Shown piece after piece: positions 50,338 to 61,320 of a stretch of 64,000 nucleotides of DNA. Origin of the DNA: Octopus bimaculoides. Lineage: Eukaryota. The translations under genes were made by a program, and so were the position numbers. The stretch lies in the NCBI RefSeq assembly GCF_001194135.2, contig NC_068994.1, positions 4,149,519 to 4,213,518 on the forward strand, read 5' to 3'. How positions within the stretch are numbered: the first letter of the stretch is position 1; every line of letters starts with the position of its first letter. Under the pieces are notes generated by a model. That model was not told the DNA's origin, ran no database searches, and worked only from the letters and a program-made list of their open reading frames with translations.

Positions 50338-52884
50338 GGGGGTTACTGCTGTTGCAGTTGATGATGATGACCATTTTAACATCTATTTTTTTTACCTTTG
50401 CATTGGTCAGACAACTTGATGAGGCTGATTTTCTATGGCTGGATGCTCTTCCTGTCATCAACTCTCACCTGTTTTCAAGCAAGTTAATGTTTTCTCTTGT
50501 CTGGGCAGGTTTTCACAGAAAATTGCAAATGCATAGGTACTGATTGGTTTAATCTTTTACTGTTTAAACCAGTCATATCTGGCTCAAATATTCTCCCCGT
50601 TGTATGTTCAAACCAGCTAGATCTGGCCTCTCACACCTACCCTACAATGTCATTCTAAAAGTAAACAATCACATTATCGAAATATTAAAGCTACAGCCCA
50701 TCGTGTATGTATATATATGTGTGTCCGTGTTTGTCCCCCACCATCGCTTGACAACTGATGCTGGTGTGTTCACGTCCCCCGTAACATAGCGGTTCGGCAA
50801 AAGTGACCGATAGAATAAGTACTGGAGTCAATTTGTTCGACTAAAGGCAGTGCTGCAGCATGGTCACAGTCAAATTACTGAAACAAGTCAAAGAGTAAAC
50901 GAAAGAATTAAAAATAATGAGAGTAAATAAGCCTGAGATTTGATAGAATAATTTGTGTGTGAAAGGGTTTCAGTTGTCTCTAACTGGTTTCTCTTTTTAT
51001 ATCTTTCTCAATTTTTTTTGTTTCGAGACAGCACTCCCTCTCTCTCAAACAAGAATGAACACCAGATTATTTCATGCGCCCCCCCCCACCTTCCCCTAAC
51101 TCATGCATCATTGGTCTTGTTGAGAGAAAAACCCGCAGCTTACCTTGCTGAGGAAACAAAGAGAAAGAAGACATGAGGTGGGGTGGGAACTGAGCAGCAG
51201 AAGATGTGGGGAGAGGAGCAACGGGTTGCATACCCCAGACCAAATGGTGTGTCTAGTCCTGCCTCTCGGACGTGACTGCAAAGGTGTTCTCTTGGAGAAT
51301 GGCCAGCAACACTTGGCTGCAACAGCCACCCCACCTCACAGAGTTCGATTCTCAGGTGGAATACAGTGGACATAAATACTTTCCATCTCTTCATATATGT
51401 AAAGAGAAATAAGCTCACACACATAAAGAGGGAGGGAGAGAGAGAGAAGCGTTAGAGTGTCTGATGTTGAATACGTCAGTGTCAAATCAGTGACGCCAAA
51501 ATAGCAGTGCTATAAAAACTTGTGTGGCTCTCTCATTCTCTCTGTTTTTGTGTGAGAGCAGATTTCCATAACAGGGTTACACTTAGGGTCAGTCTATATT
51601 CAACATCGAGAACAGATCAGAGTGAACACTATGATTGCAGAGTACCAAAAGCACGAATTCTGCCACAAGGTTTACAGACAGCAGGTGGACTTGTGCAGTT
51701 ATCGAATGGCATCCAGGTGATCGGGAAAGGCCTCTACGATGATAGGAAGTTGATCTAGTTAAGCAATTTGAGTCAAGGTGGAAAGGAATGGTGCAATCAA
51801 AATGGAATTGGAAGCGCATTGTGACCAGTGGTGTTTAACAACATCTGATGCTCTGATCTGATCTAAACTGTGATATTCAACACAATAATGTTGCTGTTTA
51901 TGTTTAATTCCTCATTGTTTCTGAGATTTGAGTCATCAATTGTTCTTTGCTTATATGGGTTGGACAGTTCTGTAAATTTACATACTGGCATAATGAATTA
52001 AGCTGAGAGCAAAGGTTTTTCCTGTGCAGAGGTGAGCGCTCCTTAGGATTAAGTCAAGCGTGAAATACTTGCTTGAGTGGTATTTAATTATCAATGAGGT
52101 TAACCAAAGCCAGGCTGACATATCTCTGGCTTTATGAATACTTTTGCTTTGTTGTTATTGTTTGATGTGTGTGTGTGTGTGGAGACCTCCTACTACTCCC
52201 CCCCTCAGCTCTAGTTCTACAGACCTCAAGTATTTTCACTGACCTACATACAAGACCTGACACATGGTGTGTCTATGTGAAGTGTAGTTTTTTATTTTTA
52301 GTTTCCTGCCTACCTCCCTGCTTACCTATCCACCCTATCTCAATTCTTCACTGCCCTTTTAGGGTGGGAATGGGGTTACTTATCTCAGAAAGTTCAAGCA
52401 GTTGCTGGAGGGGAGTATCTAAAGATAAAGAAAAACAAATCCCTGAGCTTTGTTACCAATCAAATTCTAGGGGTTTCATTATAATCAGGTGTGTGTGGGT
52501 GTGCACTCACATGTATTATTATCGTTATCATTATTATTTCCTGGGGTTCAGAAAGGGGCACTGGGGTTGATATGTAGTCACTTACCTCCTGCCCAGAAAC
52601 TGCTGGCCTTGTGCTAAAATCATCATCATCATCATCATTGTTTTAGCCTTCAATTGTCACCACCCTGCTGGTTAGGCAAGCAGGTCAACCTTTCACCCCT
52701 TGCCGATTGAGCAAGGTGAAATTAAGCAAGGTGAAATTAAGTGTTTTGTTCAAGAACACAATGTGCTGCCCAATTGAGGGATTGTGAGTGCAACAGCCTA
52801 ACCACTAAGCCACATGCCTTTCACTATATAAATATGTCTGTATGTATATGTATATATATGTGTGTGTGTATGTATGTATATATA

Positions 52885-52986
52885 TATATATTGAAATTTT
52901 CACAAAAACAAAAGATGAAGACAGGTGTATAAACAAGCAAGTGTATTAGTTTGAAACTCAGGAAAGTGAGGTGAGAAAGTCTTTTA
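52885..52986 (-). mobile_element. 5'-truncated copy of the repeat that follows the hammerhead at 55116-55290
   Basis: Reverse complement taaaagacttt..tttcctgagtttcaaactaatacacttgcttgtttatacacctgtctt aligns with 55145-55250. Confidence 0.75.
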
Positions 52987-53501
52987 TGGAGGGGGGCACA
53001 CTGTGCCAGCTGTGAAGGATGAGGCTACCTCAGATCTAAGGATTCACAAAGGTCATCTTTTGACAAGAACTCAACATGTTTTGACCACTCCTATAGTATT
53101 TTTTTCTCTTTATTCTTGGTAGACTAATCTTTCTGTCTTCTCCCAACCAGTTTCAACTAATTTTTGTCTTCCACCTTTTTCCTTTTCTTTTTCTTCTTTT
53201 TTCATACATGCTGTTGTATTTTATTATTTTTTATATCATTTGATATTTTTGATTTTCTATCTTTTTTGTTTTTCATTTGTACACTTGTAAGAAAAAAATC
53301 TATTGCCATATGAGCAACCTTCTAACTCACCCCTCCCCTCAAAATTATTGGCCTTGTGCCAAAATTAAAAAAGAATTATTATTATTCCTAATTGTATCAT
53401 TATTACTAGAGTGCTATCCATCATATGATGACTAACTTTGGTTACCATGGTTAATATCAGAAAATATGGCTGACATACAATTGTAATAATAATTGAACTT
53501 T

Positions 53502-53800
53502 GAAAATTACTATTTGTAAATCTCTTAACAACAGATATTCAGCAACAGTACTTTGGAGTAAAGATTATTTGCCAACATAACATGGCAGTCCTGGTTTAGG
53601 ACGAATGTTGCCTTGTTTGAAAATATAAGGACACAGATTGTGTCGTATAGCCAGCTGAAGATGATGTCTCCTGGGGCTAAATTACAGTAACATTCGTCCT
53701 AAACCAGGACAGCCATGTTATGTTGGCAAATAATCTTTACTCCAAAGTACTGTTGTTGAATGAATATCTCTCATTGTGAGATTTACAAATACTAATTTTC
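53502..53800. mobile_element. Fold-back (long inverted repeat) element, MITE-like
   Basis: Core arms 53543-53609 and 53689-53755 are complementary with 1 mismatch in 67 bp, and looser outer arms extend to 53502 and 53800. The internal gaaaatataaggaca motif recurs at about 53977. Confidence 0.8.
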
Positions 53801-55115
53801 TATTTTATAGATCAGTGACTCATTGTCACTTTGAAAGCTATATATTTGGAACAGGAATTTGGCAGTGCCACTTCTAGCCGAATAATTATTCTATGCTGAT
53901 GAAGGGAAATAACCCGGGAATCGTGATACACAGATAGTGTGTTGAGCTGAGTGGGGGTGCTAAATGCCTTTGTTCGAAAATATAAGGACATAGATCATGC
54001 CTGAGGCTATAGTAGAAAATACTTGCCCAGTGTGCCATGCAGTGGGAATGAACCCGGGACCATGTGGTTGGTAAGCAAGCTACTTACCACACAGCCATTC
54101 CTGTGCCTGTGTATTTTTATATTAAAAATTTTTTTTTCAAGTCCTCTAATCTTCAGCCCTTTAATAGAATCTGATGCATTTCAAGAACTTGCTCCAGGAT
54201 TTCACTCAGAGGATACTTTCCTCTTCCCTCCCCAAGATCCGGAAGCTCTCAATTACGCTACAAGTGGCTCCCTTCACCACCTCTAATTAAACCATGAAAA
54301 TGAAAAATAAAAATTAAAAAATACTAAGGGTCCACTTTTGTTTGAGGAGGTTCAGCATGATTATTTTGTAGTAAGTGATGTAAACACTAACATACATGAT
54401 AGTGATGATGATGATGATCATCATCATCATGTCTGCTTTCCATGCTGGCATGGATTAGACAGGTTGTTGCACTCCTATAAGTTCCCTCCTAAAAGCAATG
54501 TCTGCCCTCTTTGACTTGCGTTTGTGCATTTCATTTTGCCCCGTTTTCTACAGCTTGATGCCCTTCCTAATGCCAACCACTTTACTTAATGTGCCAGGTG
54601 CATTATAACCTTAATTTATCAAGTCTATAGTCACGTTGTGTTCTAGAACAAGGCACTTCATTTCACACTGGTGCAGTCTACTCAGCTGCAAAAGGATTAA
54701 CCTCGCGAGAGAATAGCCTTCTGATCAGGACGGATGTTGGCCCACTTGCCTAACCAGAGGGGTGGCATCATTTGAAAGCTAAAACTATGCAAAGCGTATT
54801 GTGACTAGTGCTGTGTGACATTCAATAATGGTCTGGTTGATCATGGGCATGTTTAGATGTCGCCAAGTGGTTGATGAGTTACGTTCGCTCTATGAGCCCA
54901 TGAAACTGATCCAAGTATGAGAGCCTTCTGCAGAATTGCAAGGGAAAGGGACGGCAGTCGTGGCTTTTCCCAGTTGAGGTTGGGTGTAGGGGGTTCCCCT
55001 GTCCAGTAGGTATGGAGGACACAGCCATTGGAATGAAGGGTGGCTGTGCACAGGATGGGAGAGGCAGCTGAAAGAGCCCCTAGTTAGTGAGAGAGGAGTT
55101 ATTTCTTCTTATTCC

Positions 55116-55150
55116 TTTCTGATGAAGAGCATAGGCTCGAAATGTAAAAC
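55116..55150 (+). ncRNA. Minimal type-I hammerhead ribozyme motif (Penelope-type repeat)
   Basis: TTT-CTGATGA-A-GAGC-atag-GCTC-GAAA-TG-TA-AAA: intact core, perfect 4-bp stem II, GUA cleavage triplet and a short stem I. Confidence 0.75.
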
Positions 55151-57113
55151 ACTTTTTTCATTTTTCCTGAGTGTCAAACTAATACACTTGCTTATTGTTC
55201 ATACACCTGTCTTTGTGTTTGTTTTTCTATAAATTTGAACTTAATAACATATAGATATACACAGACGTTTTCAATGACCCCTACACTATATATACATTAG
55301 TAACAACCCTGTACTGTGTGTGTGTGTGGATTTGCTGTGGTTGAGAAGATGTGTCAAGCTAAGTAAAAATCACATTCTTCCATCCATACAGATCTGTCCC
55401 TTGCAGGTGTTGGTGCCACGTAAAACACACTTGCGCCGGTGCTGAGTTAGTGTACCTGTGTTGGTGGCGTGTAAAAAAAAAACACCCAATACACTGTGTT
55501 AAGTGGTTGGCGTTGGGAAGGGCATCTGGCCGTAGAAACCAAGTCAAAACCAACAATTGGAGAGTCTGGACAACTCCCTGGCTGGCCATCTTCTTGTCAA
55601 GCAGTCCAACCCATGCCAGCATGGAAAACGGACAGTAAACGATGATGATATTGATATACTTTNNNNNNNNNNATGGTGTTGTATACCTTCCTAATGACCC
55701 CATACTATAAACATAAGCAGGGACTTTACACAACAAACAAACTGTCAGTCAACTGTTTAGTAAAATTCCCAGTAATTACATGTTACCCCTGCTAATTCTC
55801 TCCTCTTCCTCCTCCTTTGGAAGTTGTATTTGGGGGGTGGATAATGGTAGTAAGGAGTATAGGCCCTGGGTGTAGAGGAGTGTTTGGTGGGATGTATGGT
55901 ATAGAGGAGGTGGTGGAGGGTGGAGTTGGATGTTTGCTGAAAAGGGTTGGGGTTTTTCCTTTCCCCTCTGTGAGGTACCCCTTCCTATCCTGCTGCTACT
56001 GTGGCAATAGTCAGAGTGAGGGAGGTGGAAAAAAAGGGGGCTGGGATGGGTGGCTGCATTGAAAATAAGAGACCAGACAGATAGGATGGGTCTGAGGTGA
56101 TGCAGGGGTGGGGTGTTCCTGGTGGTGGTAGTGGTGATGATGCGTTCGGAGGGGTGGGGGTGCTAGCTATGAAAATGTCTCCTCCTAAAAACCCATGGTT
56201 TTGAGTTCAGTTCCAGTGCAGGGTCAACCAAGACCTTCCAGATGAGATCTGACAGCCTGTTGTCAAAGGTACAGGGCTACCTGCTACTTGTAGGTCACAG
56301 GTTCAAATTTGGGTAAGTGGTACGAGAAGATTGTGGCCCAGTGGTTGCGGATTCCTTATAATTAATGAAGAAAAATATGTAGGGCTAAAAGTATTCCTCT
56401 GGTCCTTAAAGGGTCCCTTGCGCTTCAATTGATATTTCAACAGTTCCATGGGGTCAGTCACACATTCTTTGCTCCTCAGCAAAGCTTTCCTCCTTGTGTT
56501 ACAAATCCTTCTTCACTTCATACAATCACATCCCACTTCGTACATGCACATATATTCACTCACCTGCTTATATACACGCATACCCTCACATAATATACAC
56601 ACACACAGGTACACATCTCATATAGTTTGTGCCAAGAATCCCCTCCTTCTCTGTTGTTCTTTACCACTTCCATTCCCCTCACTACTACCCCCGCCACCAC
56701 CATTACCTACTCTCTCCTTTTCTCTATCTGTCGCTCTCTGTTCACTCCCCCCTATTTCTTTCTCCATACTCTCTCTTTCTCTCTATATTCTCTCATTCTC
56801 TCTCACCTTGCTATTGGAAAATTTCAGGCCAACTCTTCCTACCCATAATTATATTATTGTGTATATGTGTATACCTGTGTGTGAGGTGAGTGTATGTATA
56901 TATATATGGATGTATTTGTGTATATACATATATATATATGTGTGTNNNNNNNNNNATATATATGGATGTATTTGTGTATATACATATATATATATGTGTG
57001 TGTGTGTGTGTATGGCTGTATACATACATATATAAAGCATGAATGTATGTGTGTGTATGTATATATATATATATATTTATATGCGTGTGTATGTATATAT
57101 ATATATATATGTT

Positions 57114-57146
<33 letters not shown>

Positions 57147-60100
57147 TGCTGTGCGTATGGTATACATGTCTGCTGTTGTGTTATATGCACATGTAATCTC
57201 CCCCCCCTCCCAACCACCTATTGTTGCAACTATTATTGCATATCACCACCATCACCACTAATACTTCTAATTCTATTGCAGCTTCTGTCTGTCTGTCCGT
57301 CCCTCTGTTGTGTCCTAGGAAAGACAGGAGAGAGAGAAAAGACCTCCACACACACCCACTTACTCATACAGACACTTGCGCGCGCGCGCACATGCAAATA
57401 TCTGTCTGTGTTCACCCCCCCCCCCCCGCTTCTTTCCGACCATCCCTGCCTGGAGGCCAGCTTGGACTGAAGTGAAGTGGTGGGAAGTGGAGAGGTGAGG
57501 TAGGCGAAGGTGGTGGTGGTGTGTGGAGGGAGTAAAAAGTAACATGGTGTTAATGGTGGTGGTGGGAGAAGGTTGTTGGTGATGGTGGGTGGTGTGGGTG
57601 GTGGTGGTGACCATAGTTAAGGTAAGACAAAATTAACAGTAACTGTTTTAGTTTGAAAGAAAAATAATTTTTTTTTTGTATAAAGACCAAGGGTGGATGG
57701 GTAGGTAGGCAGTGTAGTGAGTTCGGTTGGTAGTAGTGATGCTGACACAATCTGCATATATGCTTGTCTCCTCTGTCACTGACCCTCCTCCTCTCCACCC
57801 CACACCACTGCCATCTGTCTGGCTAGTGTTCTCCATCCCCACCCCACACCACACATCTTCCATCCCTGTCTGCATCTGCCCCGCCCTCCACCCACTTTCT
57901 CTCTGTCTCCATCTACCCAGCCATCCATACACTTCCGTCATCATCGTCACCGTCAGTGGATGGGTGGGACAGTGGAGGTGCACCATCCACCACCACCACC
58001 ACCATCATCACTACATTCCCACTGACACATGACCATCATCACCACTGCCAATTTACCATGTGGCTACCACTAGTTACCATGCCACTCCAAGACCACCACC
58101 ACCACCACCACCTTACTCAATGTCACTAATGTTAACACTCCTATACCATCACCCACCAGTTAGCATCTTGCTATCATTATCATCATCATCATCATCATTA
58201 TTATTTATTATTATTATTATTAAGACCGTTGGCTGGCAGAATCGTTAGAACGCTGGGTAGAGTGCTTAGCAGCATTTTGGCCATCTTTATCTTCTGAGTT
58301 CCAAGGTCGACTTCACTTTTCATGCTTTGAGGTCAATAAAATAAGCAGCAGTCAAGTACTGGGGACAATGTAATCGACTCATCTCCTCCCTCCAAATTGT
58401 TGCCCTTGTGGCAAAATTTGAAACCATTATTATTATTACTATTATTATTATTATTATTATTATTATTGGTGGTAGTGGTGGCAGAATTGTTACTGTGCCA
58501 GACCAAATGCTTAGTGGCACTTTGTCTGTCTTTACATTCTGGGTTCAAATTCTGCCATGGTCAACTTTGTCTTTCATCCTTTCAGGGTCAATGAAATAAA
58601 AACCAGTCAAGTTCTGGGGGTCAACATAATCCACTTATTCCTTCCCTTTCAAAAGCTAATGGCCCTCTGCCAAAATTTGAAACATTTCCATTAGTATTGT
58701 TATCATTATTAATTATTGTTATCATTATTAATTATTGTTATCATTATTATGGCAGTGAGCTGGCAGAATTGTGAGCACACTGGACAAAGTGCTTTGTCGC
58801 AATTTGGTCATCTGGAAGTTCTGAGTTTAAATTCCGCTCAGGTCAACTTACCCTCATCCCTGAATCTGCTGGCCTTGTGCTAAAATTTGAAACCATCATC
58901 ATCATCATTATTATTATTATCATTTCCAAGGAAGTTGAGGGTGGAGAGGGGAGTGTTTCCTTGTAGCAAGTTTGTTGAAAGATGGGGTGAATGTTGGAAG
59001 AATGGCCAGTGTGAAAGGACCAGTTCTGAGCATACAAAGAGAGAAATGCTCTTGCCCTGTTGATCAGGCAACCGTGGTTTCAGTCCCACTGCGTGGCACC
59101 TTGGGCAAGTGTCTGCTACTATGGCCTCGGGCAGACCAAAGCCTTGTGAGTGGATTTTGTTGATGGAAACTGAAAGAAGCCTGTCGTATATTTATCCCCC
59201 CCACCATCGCTTGACAACCGATGTTGGTGTGTTTTTGTCCCTGTAACTTAGCGGTTCGGCAAAATAGACTGATAGAATAAGTACTAGGCCTTACTAACAA
59301 GTCCTGGGGTCGATTTGCTCCAGCATGGCCGCAGTCAAATGACTGAAACAAAAGAATAAAAGAATTATCATCATCATCATTAGCAGCAGCAGTAATAGTA
59401 GTAGCATATAATTGTCATTCCATTATCAGAAGTCTCTACTAGAAATAACAGTAAAATTTTCCTTCCTCACACTTTATGTTAGGAAAACAGATGTTGGGTA
59501 AATGAGTAGTACCTGCACACAATGGGGAAAAAAATGGGGTGGCCATAACTGGAATGTGTTTGACCAAGGATGACTTGGGAGTAAACAACTACCATACCAC
59601 CTTCACCATTCAACCATTACTGAGACACCACCACTGCCATCTTCACTCATTATCAGTCATCATCATCACCATCATCATCTTCACCATGACATCTCATCCT
59701 CATTATCACAGTTAACACCACATGACCATCATCACATCCCATCTGTCTGGCTCTCCTTACTCCTCAACACTGTCACCCCCACCACCCCCATCCTTCCCTA
59801 CACCAGCATATTACTTCCCATGACCACCACCACCAAGTCCCATCTGCCTTTCTCACCTTCCCTTGCTGCCTCCATCACCACCACCACCATCCTCACTGTA
59901 GCAGAGCAGCAGGGATGCCACTTTTCCCTTCATCCCCTTCTCCTCCCACCTACTACACCAAACAACCAGTCCCCCCCTCACCGCTACCACCACCGCCATC
60001 ACCACTACATCCATGTCATGCCCACCCACCNNNNNNNNNNNNNNNNNNNNNNNNNNNNNNNNNNNNNNNNNNNNNNNNNNNNNNNNNNNNNNNNNNNNNN

Positions 60101-61010
60101 NNNNNNNNNNNNNNNNNNNNNNNNNNNNNNNNNNNNNNNNNNNNNNNNNNNNNNNNNNNNNNNNNNNNNNNNNNNNNNNNNNNNNNNNNNNNNNNNNNNN
60201 NNNNNNNNNNNNNNNNNNNNNNNNNNNNNNNNNNNNNNNNNNNNNNNNNNNNNNNNNNNNNNNNNNNNNNNNNNNNNNNNNNNNNNNNNNNNNNNNNNNN
60301 NNNNNNNNNNNNNNNNNNNNNNNNNNNNNNNNNNNNNNNNNNNNNNNNNNNNNNNNNNNNNNNNNNNNNNNNNNNNNNNNNNNNNNNNNNNNNNNNNNNN
60401 NNNNNNNNNNNNNNNNNNNNNNNNNNNNNNNNNNNNNNNNNNNNNNNNNNNNNNNNNNNNNNNNNNNNNNNNNNNNNNNNNNNNNNNNNNNNNNNNNNNN
60501 NNNNNNNNNNNNNNNNNNNNNNNNNNNNNNNNNNNNNNNNNNNNNNNNNNNNNNNNNNNNNNNNNNNNNNNNNNNNNNNNNNNNNNNNNNNNNNNNNNNN
60601 NNNNNNNNNNNNNNNNNNNNNNNNNNNNNNNNNNNNNNNNNNNNNNNNNNNNNNNNNNNNNNNNNNNNNNNNNNNNNNNNNNNNNNNNNNNNNNNNNNNN
60701 NNNNNNNNNNNNNNNNNNNNNNNNNNNNNNNNNNNNNNNNNNNNNNNNNNNNNNNNNNNNNNNNNNNNNNNNNNNNNNNNNNNNNNNNNNNNNNNNNNNN
60801 NNNNNNNNNNNNNNNNNNNNNNNNNNNNNNNNNNNNNNNNNNNNNNNNNNNNNNNNNNNNNNNNNNNNNNNNNNNACTGACATATTTATGCTCACACACA
60901 CATGTGCACGGATGCACACATTTAAATGCATGCAAGTGTGTGTCTGTAATTATGTGGGTGTATATATATGTGTGTACACGTGTGATTGCATCCATCTTCG
61001 TGCTGTGTAC

Positions 61011-61078
<68 letters not shown>

Positions 61079-61283
61079 GTATGTATGTGTTCCTGTATGT
61101 TTTATGTACTAGTTTGTGTGCATGTCTGTTTGACTAAGTGTGTGGATGTATATATACACCATATATATACATACATACATATACACACATACACATATAT
61201 ACCCTTTTGTGATTTAAGAATAATCCACCCTGGCTTTGTAATGTCTCCTCATCCATTTATTTGCCCTTGTGGCTTACTGTTAA

Positions 61284-61320
<37 letters not shown>

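Larger units (their letters stand above)
8179..60875. other. Span containing 19 assembly gaps (N runs), most adjacent to simple repeats
   Basis: Direct observation, e.g. 9645-9880, 13796-14370, 18893-19727, 20785-21628, 60031-60875, plus 10-N gaps at 8179, 17938, 55663 and 56946. Confidence 0.98.

Noticed and set aside
56890-57005. Tandem duplication either side of a 10-N gap
   Set aside because: Typical unmerged contig overlap; the same pattern appears at 8100-8330.
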